A DNA stretch of 64,000 nt from Candidatus Latescibacterota bacterium. Lineage in GTDB: Bacteria > Latescibacterota > UBA2968 > UBA8231. The stretch is taken from NCBI GenBank assembly GCA_964291625.2, contig OZ220089.1, positions 800,001 through 864,000 on the forward strand, given 5' to 3'. The notes under the pieces were generated by a model. The model was not told the origin of the DNA. It saw only the letters and a list, made by a program, of their open reading frames with translations, and made no database searches. Below are positions 29,788 through 39,462 of this stretch, one piece after another. The translations under genes and the position numbers were made by a program. Within the stretch, counting starts at the first letter, position 1. The number at the start of each line of letters is the position of its first letter.

Positions 29788-30981
29788 CTACCGTGCACGA
29801 CCTGCGTCCAGCAGTGATTGTACCTGCCGGGGTTTGAGGCCCAGCATTTGCGCCGCCTTGGCAGTTGACAGAGCATCAGCCGCCATCATACGCTCCGCCA
29901 GCCCGATCATCCGATTGCCCAGGCGATGACGACGCACCCTGTAGTAGCTTGGCCCACTTTCCTGCTCACGTGCCTGCGCGCGGCGCCTTTCCCGCTCCCC
30001 ATGCCATGCTTGTCGGAATATGCCAGCCAACTGGTTGTAAGTCCTCTGAGAGATCAGATCACACCGATATACCTTGTAGGCAACCATAGCGCTGCTCACC
30101 TTGATCTGGGTCGCAAGCGCCGTGATTCGTTCTGAGATCTGGCGGACATCGCCGTGGCTATCGAGGACGAGCCCTTCCAGTTCTCGCTCAGGTAGCAGGA
30201 ACTCCCCGGCAACATCATTGCAGAACCGCTCTACCTCGTTTTCCACACTACTACCGCTGATCCCGGTATGACCGAGAAGGAGGTGCACGGTCTCATGCAA
30301 CAGGGTGAACGACCAGGCAGGTTGTGCATCCTGGTCGTTGACGACAATGAAAGGAGCCACTTCGTCCGCGATGGAGAATCCTCGAAAGACCGCCGTATCC
30401 AACGCCGTCCTGTAGTTGCCCAAATCCCCCTTGAGCAGGACAAATATCCCCGCATCCTCCGCCTTGCCGCGCAACAGGCCAAACGCGAGCGACGCGCTCG
30501 ACTGGGCGCGATAGTCGGTCGTATCAAGGCCCAGTAGCACCTGCAATGATTCCAAGACTGGCGCGCGGCCATCTTCCATCTGGTGAGAGCCAACGAAAGG
30601 CAACGTCTCCGCTTCATCTTCATCCTCCAGCATGGCGCGAACCATGCTCTGACGTGCCCTGATCTCCCTGATCAACGCATCCAACCGCGCCTCATCAGAG
30701 CTTCGATCGCTTCCTGTCAGCGTCCGGAAGTCCACCCCGCGCTTACCCATCTGCGGCGGTTTGGAGAGGTAGAACGTCAGCAACGGACGGCGGTACTGTC
30801 CGGCCATCTTTACCAACTGGGGGCGGGTGGGCTCCTTTCTGCCCTGCTCAATCCGGGCAAGCTTCTCTGCCGCGGTAGACCTGGGACTATCCTGGAAGCC
30901 CAGTTGCCTGGCCGCCTCCCCCTGAGTAAGGCCGGCGGTCTCCCGGGCCCAGATCATGATGGCAGGATTCACCTTGGGCAT
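29788..30981 (-). CDS. XRE-HTH + ImmA/IrrE (M78) metallopeptidase
   Basis: WARETAGLT HTH, DFR linker, FTLLHETVH (HExxH), ERFCNDVAGEFLLP. Confidence 0.9.
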   Translation of the reverse strand: MPKVNPAIMIWARETAGLTQGEAARQLGFQDSPRSTAAEKLARIEQGRKEPTRPQLVKMAGQYRRPLLTFYLSKPPQMGKRGVDFRTLTGSDRSSDEARLDALIREIRARQSMVRAMLEDEDEAETLPFVGSHQMEDGRAPVLESLQVLLGLDTTDYRAQSSASLAFGLLRGKAEDAGIFVLLKGDLGNYRTALDTAVFRGFSIADEVAPFIVVNDQDAQPAWSFTLLHETVHLLLGHTGISGSSVENEVERFCNDVAGEFLLPERELEGLVLDSHGDVRQISERITALATQIKVSSAMVAYKVYRCDLISQRTYNQLAGIFRQAWHGERERRRAQAREQESGPSYYRVRRHRLGNRMIGLAERMMAADALSTAKAAQMLGLKPRQVQSLLDAGRAR

Positions 30982-31116
30982 CTCTACAGTCCTTGCTCTA
31001 TTCGACGGGCGTCGTCGGTTGCCCTCACGCTGCCTCCCCCAGTTCCAAGAAGCTATGCTACGTCGCGCACCGGTGCACCGCCCCTTTCAGCCGCCAATAG
31101 CGAATGGCGGCCCCCC

Positions 31117-32094
31117 TCAGTCCAGCACCCGGTCCTGCCCCGCCGAGGCCGCGTCCAGCCGCCCCCGCTCCTCCGGGGTGATCGACCAGCCCACGGCGCC
31201 GGCGTTCTCCTCCATGTGGGCCGCCGTGTCGCCGCCGGTGATGGCGGCCGTCACCTCGGGATGGGAGAGGACCCAGTTGATCGCCGTCTGGGCCAGGGTG
31301 CGGCCGTGGGCGTCGGCGATCTCCCGCAGGATCGTCAGCGTCCGGCGCGCGGCCTCGTTGAGGTGCTTCTCCAGGTTTCCGGCGCGGCCGCTGGCGTAGA
31401 GGGTGCCTTCCGGCGGCGGCTGCCCCGGGGTGTACACGCCCGAGAGCAGACCCACCCCGAGGGGGCTGTAGGTCATGACCCCGAAGCCCTGGTCGCGCTG
31501 CGCTGGCCACATCTCGCGCTCCAGGTCGCGGTTGAGGAGGTTGTAGGGGTTCTGGATGCAGAGCAGGGGATCGAGGCCGAGGCGGTCCTGGGTCCACAGC
31601 GCCTTGAGCACCTGCCAGGTCTGGAAGTTGGAGACGCCCATGTAACGGGTCTTGCCGGCGCGCACGACATCGTCGATGGCGCGTAGCGTCTCCTCGAGGG
31701 GCGTCCGGTCGTCATAGACGTGCAGGATGTAGATGTCGATGTGGTCGGTCTCGAGGCGGGCGAGGGTGCGGTCGATCTCGCGCAGGATGTGGTAGCGCGA
31801 CAGGCCGGCGTCGTTCGGTCCGTCGCCGATGCGGCTGGCCACCTTGGAGGTGACCACGAGGTCGTCGCGGTGACGCTTGAGGACCCGCGCCAGGACCTGC
31901 TCCGACGTGCCGCGGGTCTCGTACACGTCGCCGAAACCGTAGACGTTGGCGCAGTCGATGAAGTTGATCCCCAGCTCGACGGCGCGCTCGATGGCGCGCT
32001 CGGCCTCGCCGGCGTCCTCCTGCCCGCGCAGGCCCAGGCCGTAGGCCAGGCGCGACACCTTCAGGCCGGAGCGGCCGAACTCGACGTATTCCAT
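31117..32094 (-). CDS. Aldo/keto reductase (copy 1)
   Basis: GRSGLKVSRL, IDCANVYG, GLSRYHI, GKTRYMGVSN, YSPL..G. Confidence 0.93.
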   Translation of the reverse strand: MEYVEFGRSGLKVSRLAYGLGLRGQEDAGEAERAIERAVELGINFIDCANVYGFGDVYETRGTSEQVLARVLKRHRDDLVVTSKVASRIGDGPNDAGLSRYHILREIDRTLARLETDHIDIYILHVYDDRTPLEETLRAIDDVVRAGKTRYMGVSNFQTWQVLKALWTQDRLGLDPLLCIQNPYNLLNRDLEREMWPAQRDQGFGVMTYSPLGVGLLSGVYTPGQPPPEGTLYASGRAGNLEKHLNEAARRTLTILREIADAHGRTLAQTAINWVLSHPEVTAAITGGDTAAHMEENAGAVGWSITPEERGRLDAASAGQDRVLD

Positions 32095-32116
32095 GCTCTT
32101 CTCCTTGGGCTGTCGT

Positions 32117-33106
32117 TCATGTGACGGTCGATCCAGGACGCCGGCCGACCGAGGCCTCGTCGAGACGGGCCCGATCCTCCGGGGTGATCGACCAGCCGGC
32201 GGCGCCGGCGTTCTCCTCCACGTGGGCCACCGTGTCGCCGCCGGTGACGGCGGCCGTCACCTCGGGGTGGGAGAGGACCCAGTTGATCGCCGTCTGCGCC
32301 ACGGTGCGGCCGTGGGCGGCGGCGACCTCCCGCAGGATCGTCAGGGTCCGGCGCGCCGCCTCTTCGAGGTCCTTCCCCTTCTCCAGGTCTCCGGCGCGGC
32401 CCCTGGCGTACAGGATCTCCGTCGGCGGCGGATGGTCCGGGGTGTACGCACCGGAAAGCAGACCCACCGCCAGGGGGCTGTGGGTCATGACCCCGAAGCC
32501 CTGATCCCGCTGCGCCGGCCACATCTCGCGCTCCAGCTGGCGGTCGAGGAGATGGTAGCGGTTCTGGATGCAGAGCAGGGGATCGAGCCCGTGCCGGTCC
32601 TGGGTCCACAGCGCCTTGAGCACCTGCCAGGCCTGGAAGTTGGAAACGCCCATGTAGCGGGTCTTGCCGGCGCGCACGACGTCGTCGATGGCGCGCAGCG
32701 TCTCCTCGAGGGGCGTCCGGTCGTCGTGGGCGTGGAGGATGTAGATGTCGATGTGGTCGGTCTCGAGGCGGGTTAGCGTGCGGTCGATCTCGCGCAGGAT
32801 GTGATAGCGCGACAGGCCGCCGTCGTTCGGCCCCTCGCCGATGGGGCCGGCCACCTTGGAGGTGACCACAAGGTCGTCGCGGTGCCGCTTGAGGACCCGG
32901 GCCAGGACCTGCTCGGAGGTGCCTCGGATCTTCTCCTCGTCCCCGAGGCCGTAGACGTTGGCGCAGTCGATGAAGTTGATGCCCAACTCGACGGCGCGCT
33001 CGATGGCGCGCTCGGCCTCGCCGGCGTCCTCCTGCCCGCGAAAACCCAGGCCGCAGGCCAGGCGCGACACCTTCAGGCCGGAACGGCCGAGCTCGACGTA
33101 CTCCAT
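32117..33106 (-). CDS. Aldo/keto reductase (copy 2, tandem paralog)
   Basis: Same motifs; start ATG 33106 (MEYVELGRSG). Confidence 0.93.
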   Translation of the reverse strand: MEYVELGRSGLKVSRLACGLGFRGQEDAGEAERAIERAVELGINFIDCANVYGLGDEEKIRGTSEQVLARVLKRHRDDLVVTSKVAGPIGEGPNDGGLSRYHILREIDRTLTRLETDHIDIYILHAHDDRTPLEETLRAIDDVVRAGKTRYMGVSNFQAWQVLKALWTQDRHGLDPLLCIQNRYHLLDRQLEREMWPAQRDQGFGVMTHSPLAVGLLSGAYTPDHPPPTEILYARGRAGDLEKGKDLEEAARRTLTILREVAAAHGRTVAQTAINWVLSHPEVTAAVTGGDTVAHVEENAGAAGWSITPEDRARLDEASVGRRPGSTVT

Positions 33107-33125
33107 GCCTCTCCCGGGACCGCTC

Positions 33126-34214
33126 CTACCGGCCCCAGTCGGGCGGGAAGGGCCGGTAGGCGGGATGGGGATAGCTTCTCTGCGGGAGGGCTCTCGAGCG
33201 AGGGCCCTCGTCTCCGGCGATCGGCTTCGCCAGGGCGGAATCGACCCACTCGATGAAGTCCCAGGCCTCGTCGGCCCGGATGCCGAAGCCGATGTTGCCC
33301 GACGGTACCCGCCTCGGTTCGCCGGTCCGCTGGTCGATGACCAGGGCCTCGGTGCCGGCGTTGTTGACCGCCACGATCCACCCCTCGTGGTCGAAGATGG
33401 GACTGCCGCTCGTGCCGCCCGACAGGTCGAGATTGTGCTGAAGGATGCGGCTGTCTTCCGGGGTGGCTGGCTCGGCCTCCGGGCGATAGGGCCGCAGGGC
33501 GCTGATCGTCCCGTCCTTGAAGGTGGCCAGGGGCACCGTGGTGTTGAGGGGGGCGATCTCGCCGGGGAAACCCATGGTGGCCACGGGCTGACCGACGCGC
33601 AGCTCCCGGGCATGCTCGCGCGGCAGGAAGGACGGCGCCGTCGCGAAGTCGGCATCGACGATGAGGATGCCGATGTCGGGAGATTGCGTCGAGCCGTCGT
33701 AGGCGGGGTGTTCCAGGTACTGATACAGGACATGTGTGTCCCCCCCGCCGATGGCCGTGCCCGACTTGACGGCAAAGGGCCGCGGGCCGTGGTCCCTCAA
33801 CTCGGCGAGAACGTCGATCAGTCCCTGCACCACGTGGGCATTGGTCCAGATGGCGTCGGCATAGTGGGCGCTGAACCCGGTGCCGATGAGGAAGTTCGTG
33901 TCGAAAACCTCGAAGCCGATGGCATAGATCGCCTGGTCCAGTCCGGACTCCTCGATCACGTCCGCCCAGTTCAGGAATCCACCCGGCTCTCCCGCAGCTC
34001 CGGGCGGTCCCTGGGGACCCTGCTCGCCCTGCGGACCCTGGTCACCTGTCTCCCCTTGAGGACCCTCCTGCCCTTGCTCGCCCCGCTCGCCCTGCGGACC
34101 CGCCGGACCCTGGGGACCGGCCTCGCCCGTATCTCCCTGGGGGCCCACGGGCCCCTGCTTTCCCTCGCAGGCGGCGAGAAGGGCCACCAGACTCCAGATG
34201 AAGAGCCGACTCAT
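33126..34214 (-). CDS. Lipoprotein with collagen-like repeat and trypsin-like serine protease domain
   Basis: LAAC lipobox, 20 Gly-X-Y triplets, catalytic triad TNAHV / PDIG / GTSGSP; start ATG 34214. Confidence 0.88.
   Translation of the reverse strand: MSRLFIWSLVALLAACEGKQGPVGPQGDTGEAGPQGPAGPQGERGEQGQEGPQGETGDQGPQGEQGPQGPPGAAGEPGGFLNWADVIEESGLDQAIYAIGFEVFDTNFLIGTGFSAHYADAIWTNAHVVQGLIDVLAELRDHGPRPFAVKSGTAIGGGDTHVLYQYLEHPAYDGSTQSPDIGILIVDADFATAPSFLPREHARELRVGQPVATMGFPGEIAPLNTTVPLATFKDGTISALRPYRPEAEPATPEDSRILQHNLDLSGGTSGSPIFDHEGWIVAVNNAGTEALVIDQRTGEPRRVPSGNIGFGIRADEAWDFIEWVDSALAKPIAGDEGPRSRALPQRSYPHPAYRPFPPDWGR
33984..34163 (-). repeat. Collagen-like (Gly-X-Y)20 coding repeat
   Basis: [18 protein letters not shown]...GPPGAAGEP, uninterrupted. 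Confidence 0.9.
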
Positions 34215-34322
34215 ACGGCTACTGGTAGTCGGCGGCGGTGGCGGGGTCAACTCCCGATGCTATTGGACCGGCTCGCGGGCCTCCGATAGATTGGGCGGAC
34301 CCCCGGCTCCAGAGGATCCGCC

Positions 34323-34973
34323 ATGGAACAACGCGCGAACGAGCACCCGGCCGCCGGCCTCGCCGGCCGGATGATCCGCACCTTCATGGCGCCCGGCGAG
34401 ACCTTCACTTCGATCCGGGAGCGGTCTGCCTGGCTGGACTGGTTCGCCCCGACCCTGATCGTCTGCGCCGCGGACGCGGCGGGCCTCGCAGCCCGCGTGC
34501 CGACCCAGAGCATGGATGCCTGGTTCGACATGGCGCCGGCGTTCCTGATGTCGGCTGCCAACCCCTTCCTGAGGCTCTTCATCGCCGGGGCGGCCCTGCT
34601 CCTGGTGGCCAACTACATCCTCGGCGGCGGGGCGACCTATGGCCGGATGCTGGCCGTGGCCGCCTATGCCTCCTTGGTGACCGTGGCCGATCGGATCGTG
34701 ACCGGGATCCTCTTCCTGGCGACGGATGCCCGGATCGACATCGGGCCGGGTCTCTTGCTCCCCGACGAGGTGCTCGACACCCTCGCTGGCCTTTTGCTGG
34801 CCGGAGTGGACGTCTTCGACCTCTGGCAGGTCCTGCTCACGGCCATCGGCACCGGCGTCATGGCCGGCTGCTCCACGCGCAGGGCCCTGGTTCCCGTGCT
34901 GATCCTGTGGGCAGTCTGGAGTATCCTGCTGGTGGCCGCCATTTCAGCGCTCCACGCTTCGATGGGACGGTGA
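34323..34973 (+). CDS. Yip1 domain membrane protein (copy 1)
   Basis: P.ETF.SIRER N-terminus, GG.ATY...LAV.AYA, DVFDLW. Confidence 0.8.
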   Translation: MEQRANEHPAAGLAGRMIRTFMAPGETFTSIRERSAWLDWFAPTLIVCAADAAGLAARVPTQSMDAWFDMAPAFLMSAANPFLRLFIAGAALLLVANYILGGGATYGRMLAVAAYASLVTVADRIVTGILFLATDARIDIGPGLLLPDEVLDTLAGLLLAGVDVFDLWQVLLTAIGTGVMAGCSTRRALVPVLILWAVWSILLVAAISALHASMGR

Positions 34974-35021
34974 GGGCAGAGCCGCTCGCCAGGCCTGCCG
35001 CCTTTCGAGAAAGAGGACCCA

Positions 35022-35738
35022 ATGGAATCACGCATGTACGAGGATACAGGCGCCGGCATCGCCGGCCGGATGATCCGCACCCTCACTTCCCCGGGCCGGA
35101 CTTTCGCCTCGGTCCGGGATCAGTCGACCTTGCGGGACTGGCTGATCCCGACTCTCGTCGTGGTGGTGGCGGGTATGGTGACCGGGATCCTGACCCTGCC
35201 CGCGACCATGGAGGCCGGCTCGGAGATGATGCAGGAGCAGTACGAAGGAATGACCGCCGAGGAGCGGGCGATGGCGGAGCAGATGCAGGAGGCGGCGCCG
35301 GCGGTAACCCTCGTGGCGGTGCCCGTCTTCTCCTTCCTGTGGCTGTTCATCGTCGGGGGAGTCATGCTGCTGGTGGCCAACCCCATCCTCGGCGGCGAGG
35401 CCAACTACGGCCAGATGCTGGCGGTGACCGCCTATGCTTCGCTGGTGAAAGTGATCCAGACGATCGTGACCGTGCCCTTCATGGTGAAGACGGGGACCGT
35501 CCTGGTCATCGCTCCGGGCCTGCTCATGTCCGAGGAGATGCTCGCCACCTTCGCGGGACGGGTGCTGTCCGGCCTGGACCTCTTCACGCTCTGGCAGGTC
35601 CTGCTCATGGCCGTCGGCACCGGCGTCATGGCCGGCTGCTCCACGCGCAAGGCCCTGGTCCCGCTGCTGATCCTGTGGGCGGTGATGATCGTGGTCCAAG
35701 CCGGCCTCGGCAGCCTGGGGGACGCCATGCAGCAGTGA
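35022..35738 (+). CDS. Yip1 domain membrane protein (copy 2)
   Basis: Paralog of the preceding gene; AGAGGA RBS. Confidence 0.85.
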   Translation: MESRMYEDTGAGIAGRMIRTLTSPGRTFASVRDQSTLRDWLIPTLVVVVAGMVTGILTLPATMEAGSEMMQEQYEGMTAEERAMAEQMQEAAPAVTLVAVPVFSFLWLFIVGGVMLLVANPILGGEANYGQMLAVTAYASLVKVIQTIVTVPFMVKTGTVLVIAPGLLMSEEMLATFAGRVLSGLDLFTLWQVLLMAVGTGVMAGCSTRKALVPLLILWAVMIVVQAGLGSLGDAMQQ

Positions 35739-35844
35739 CGGAGGTCCTGGCCGCGAGGGTGAAGGTCCGAAACTCTCGCGCCCGGGGCCTTTCGGCCGGA
35801 GGCTCGCTGGCCTCGGCGGATCACAGCAGTAGCGGGCCCGACCT

Positions 35845-36705
35845 TCATTCCCTTGCAGCACCTGGGATGTTGTAGGATCGGCGCAGTGACTCAAGGTCCT
35901 GCTTCAATTCAGGGCGCATCTCCATCGTGTATATCCGCCCAATATCACCCCTGTTCTGAAACTCGATGAGCTTCTCAAGGTCGCTCGAACGCTGGTGCCA
36001 TGACATGCCATCAGTGACGAGCAGAAACTGAGTGTCTCGTCTCTTCTGTTCAACGATGCGACTGACATCCCCTAGAATGTCGGTCTGCTTGCTGCCAGTC
36101 GCGCCGTAGGCTTTCACCTCGATAAGGATGTTTGCATCCCTGCGCGAAGGGATCGCGAAGTCCGCTTTCTCGGTACTGCTGCCCGAAGCTCCAACGAATC
36201 TGCACCGCTTGTCATAGTTTCCCTCTCCGAATACCTCCAAGACCGTGCTTTCCGTGAAGTCTTCGAGGAACCGCCCGCGTGCCTGGCCCTTGGTTGCGCT
36301 GCCTCTTCCAGACTTCAGTCTCTCGACCAAGATGTCGCGCCAGGTAACCGGAGAGTTGGCCAGAGCCTCAAGGCTTTCGAACAGGCCCAGCTCTCGGAGG
36401 GCCGCCAATAGCCGATTCGGGTCACGACGATATCGGGTAATCCCAGTGCCACCGCCGCCAAGCTGATCACGGAGGGTTGCCTCGAATTCGTCCTTGGACA
36501 GGTCCAGAACGAGTCTGACAGCAGTCCTGCCCGCATCGAAGTCCTGGTCCAGGACTGCCTGGATGTGTTCTTCCTTGAAAGGACCTCCTTCAGGGAAATG
36601 CGAAAGACTGGCGATCACCGCCCGGGCGTGACCGTCCTCCCAAGACGCGTCCAGGCGCCTCAGTTTCCCAAGAATCTCCTCCAGCGACTGTCGTTGGCGT
36701 TCCAA
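35845..36705 (-). CDS. Type II restriction endonuclease, DpnII-like PD-(D/E)xK family
   Basis: ADFAIP...IEVKAYGATGSKQ..., FLLVTDG..W; lower GC; directly downstream of a methylase. Confidence 0.75.
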   Translation of the reverse strand: MERQRQSLEEILGKLRRLDASWEDGHARAVIASLSHFPEGGPFKEEHIQAVLDQDFDAGRTAVRLVLDLSKDEFEATLRDQLGGGGTGITRYRRDPNRLLAALRELGLFESLEALANSPVTWRDILVERLKSGRGSATKGQARGRFLEDFTESTVLEVFGEGNYDKRCRFVGASGSSTEKADFAIPSRRDANILIEVKAYGATGSKQTDILGDVSRIVEQKRRDTQFLLVTDGMSWHQRSSDLEKLIEFQNRGDIGRIYTMEMRPELKQDLESLRRSYNIPGAARE

Positions 36706-36711
36706 GCGGCT

Positions 36712-37893
36712 CTATGTCCCTACGATGAGATACTCGGTGACCCTGTTTCGCCTGGCCCGACTGTGCGTACCGAAGTGGTAGCGATGAGATCGCTCAAACA
36801 CCTCGACTTCCTTCTTGTATCGTCTCATCTGTCCCACCAGCGCATCGAGCTCCGGATAGCCGTTTGAAGAGTATGAGAGCACCAGGATGGAGTCAGCGAA
36901 TCGCCGGAACATCTCGGAGAATGCTCCAGCGCTCGTGCGTCGATACGAGAATGGAGTATATGGCTTCCTGGTCTTCCTTACTTTGCTGTCCGGGAGAATC
37001 TCCATGCCGTTCCAGTAGCAGGAGAGCCCCTCGAGAAAGTGATAGCGCTTCATGTAGCAGTTGTCGTCGGCACGAGGGACGTACGGTGGATCCATGTACA
37101 CCAAGTCATAGCTATAGGGGGAGATGTCGAATACATCACTGTGATGAGATTTGTTTACACGCCTGTTCGAAAAGACGGCTTCGTTATAGACTTGAACCTG
37201 CTCGATGAAGTGCTCACGGATTGACAGTTGGAGATCCCGTCGACCGTCCTTGTAGCGCTCTGGATCACCCGCGACCGTGAACACGCCACGAGGCTGCCTC
37301 TTCACGCAGGATCGCACCAGTGCCGAGATCGCCAAGGCCTTCTTTCCGGAACTCTTCACGCCCTGGAGATTCCACAAGACACGGTCGAGGAATCGAAGAT
37401 CATCAGGTGCATAGAAGATCCCCGAGAAAGTCTTCTCTATGAATTTGCGATGCCTGGGGTCATAGGAGAGAAGGAACTCGACATCCTCCCCGTCGAGATG
37501 CTCATTCGAATTCTCGACTATCCCTCGAGAAACGGTCGCGCTGAAATTCAGGAAATCATTGGAGGTCGTTTGCTTTCCCATCGCCTTCATCAGGTAGGAA
37601 ACGCAACCAGAACCAGAGAAGGCATCCAGTGCCGTATCGAAGTCCAGATTCGACAGGTTGCCATGGATCCATGACAGAAGGCGGTACTTGCTGCCCATGA
37701 AGCGGAGCTGTGGGAATTGCCGAACCTGCTCCGGTATGGACCCCGGGCTGCGGAGGGAGAAGTCGGCCGCGTCCTGGACGATGGGTTCTAGTGTCGACAC
37801 TTGGCGTGTTCGGTAGCGGCTTGGTCTTGGGATGGAAGCTTGAGGAATCATGCCCGGCAGGGCCTGACCCGTCTGAGACAAGATATCGGCCAT
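36712..37893 (-). CDS. DNA adenine methyltransferase (D12/alpha class)
   Basis: RFMGSK, DAFSGSG (motif I), ND, DLVYMDPPY (motif IV); start ATG 37893 after GGAGAG (alternative TTG 37908). Confidence 0.92.
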   Translation of the reverse strand: MADILSQTGQALPGMIPQASIPRPSRYRTRQVSTLEPIVQDAADFSLRSPGSIPEQVRQFPQLRFMGSKYRLLSWIHGNLSNLDFDTALDAFSGSGCVSYLMKAMGKQTTSNDFLNFSATVSRGIVENSNEHLDGEDVEFLLSYDPRHRKFIEKTFSGIFYAPDDLRFLDRVLWNLQGVKSSGKKALAISALVRSCVKRQPRGVFTVAGDPERYKDGRRDLQLSIREHFIEQVQVYNEAVFSNRRVNKSHHSDVFDISPYSYDLVYMDPPYVPRADDNCYMKRYHFLEGLSCYWNGMEILPDSKVRKTRKPYTPFSYRRTSAGAFSEMFRRFADSILVLSYSSNGYPELDALVGQMRRYKKEVEVFERSHRYHFGTHSRARRNRVTEYLIVGT

Positions 37894-37953
37894 TGGTGCT
37901 CTCTCCAATCTTCCAGCCTTGAGAATCCGGAGGGGGCAGCGGATACCTGCTCA

Positions 37954-37983
37954 ATAGTGCAGTGGTTTGTGTCACCCTGTCAA
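37954..37983 (-). promoter_or_regulatory. Candidate sigma70 promoter for the R-M operon
   Basis: TTGACA-18 nt-CACTAT on the minus strand. Confidence 0.4.
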
Positions 37984-38067
37984 GGAACTGGCAGGTCCGT
38001 GCCTGTTCCCGGAAGAGAGGTCGCCCGAACCCGGATCTCCCTCTGACTGCCCCAGCCCGGCCCGGGA

Positions 38068-39297
38068 TCACAGCCCCAGGGCGGTGTCGATTTCGGCCTG
38101 GTAGTCGTAGACCTCGGCGCTCTCCACCTCGCTCATGCTGACGGCGCGGCCGAGGACGCTCGACTCGAAGATCGCGTAGACGGCCGCGACGTCCTTCATC
38201 CCTTCGGTGCCGTCCACCTCCACCGGCCGCCCGTGGAGGATCGCCTCTCCCAACTCGAAGTACTCCAGGGCCAGCAGCTTCCAGTCGACGTCGGCGGTGG
38301 CCACTCCCTCGGGGAAGAAGTGGGCGGCCAGGGGCTCGAGCTCGAAGTCCTCGGCCTCGGCGACCAGCTGCTCGTGGCCCTTCTCCTCCATGCCCTCGAC
38401 CTGCAGGACGGCCCGGCCGCCGCGGCTGCCGAAGCTCCTGAGCGCGCCCCCCTCACCGAGGATGCCCTGGCCGCCGCACCCTCCGTGCCCACCGAGGCCG
38501 ACGACCCAGCTGACCATGGCGCCGCCGGCCATGCGCAGGGTCGCCAGGGAGCTGTCCTCGGCCGTGGCCCGCACCTCCTCCTCCATCGCCGTGTGCCGGC
38601 GCTGGTAGAACTCGTAGGGGCTGTCGAGGCGGGCCGGCCGCCTGCGCACCGGCATGGCCAGGCTGACCTGTCCGTGGACTGCCTCGATGTCGCCCAGCTG
38701 GTAGCGGATCAGGTCGGTGTAGTGGACGGCCAGGTCCAGCAGCAGGCCGCCCCGCTCCTTGTCGTGCCGCCACGGCGTGATGAAGATGTCGCGGCCCGGC
38801 GACAGGGCGTGGTAGAAGGCCATGTACGGGCGGCCGATGGCGCCGCGGTCGAGCAGGTGGCGCACAAGGCGCGCCGAGGGATCGCGCCGGAAGTTCTCGG
38901 CCACCGAGAGGATGCGGTTGTTGCGCCGGGCCGCGTCGATGATGCGGTGGCAGCCCCGGACGGTGATGGCCAGGGGTTTCTCCACCATCACGTGCAGCCC
39001 CAGGTCCAGGGCCTGGCAGGCGACGGTGTGGTGGTAGCCGGGGTCGACGACGATGTCGACGGCGTGCAGGTCGGGCACCTCCCGGGCCATCCGCTCCAGG
39101 TCGGTGAAGACCTGCGGGCGCGAGCCGAGGAGCTTCTCCGCCTCGGCGGCGGCGAGCTCCGCGTTCTCCGGGCGGATGTCGCAGACCGCGGCCAGCTCGA
39201 CGTTGGCGAAGGGGGTCCTGGCCAGCTCGGCGAGTCCGTAGAGGTGGCGGGTGCCCATGCCGCCGCAGCCGACGAGGGCGATTCGAATCCGGTCCAT
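38068..39297 (-). CDS. Gfo/Idh/MocA family oxidoreductase
   Basis: IALVGCGGMG, HVMVEKPLA, AENFRRDP, GGLLLDLAVHYTD; start ATG 39297. Confidence 0.92.
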   Translation of the reverse strand: MDRIRIALVGCGGMGTRHLYGLAELARTPFANVELAAVCDIRPENAELAAAEAEKLLGSRPQVFTDLERMAREVPDLHAVDIVVDPGYHHTVACQALDLGLHVMVEKPLAITVRGCHRIIDAARRNNRILSVAENFRRDPSARLVRHLLDRGAIGRPYMAFYHALSPGRDIFITPWRHDKERGGLLLDLAVHYTDLIRYQLGDIEAVHGQVSLAMPVRRRPARLDSPYEFYQRRHTAMEEEVRATAEDSSLATLRMAGGAMVSWVVGLGGHGGCGGQGILGEGGALRSFGSRGGRAVLQVEGMEEKGHEQLVAEAEDFELEPLAAHFFPEGVATADVDWKLLALEYFELGEAILHGRPVEVDGTEGMKDVAAVYAIFESSVLGRAVSMSEVESAEVYDYQAEIDTALGL

Positions 39298-39462
39298 GGG
39301 ATCTCCGGGAGTGCTTCGGGGCGCTGCGCGGGAACCTCGCGGGGCGTGCATGAAAGGACTCCAGCCCCCCGCCCGGCAAGCGCCCGGCGGCAACGGGATT
39401 GCCTACCTTCCGGGCGGCACCGCATCTCCCGCCGGAGGATTCCCACCGATGGAGGCACGCCC

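Larger units (their letters stand above)
31117..33106. repeat. Tandem gene duplication (~1 kb unit)
   Basis: Long identical nucleotide stretches between 31117-32094 and 32117-33106. Confidence 0.9.

Noticed and set aside
19468-37985. ACCCTGTCAAGG shared at ~19468 and ~37974 as att sites or operator
   Set aside because: Core is just the reverse complement of a TTGACA -35 box; the copies do not bracket a coherent element
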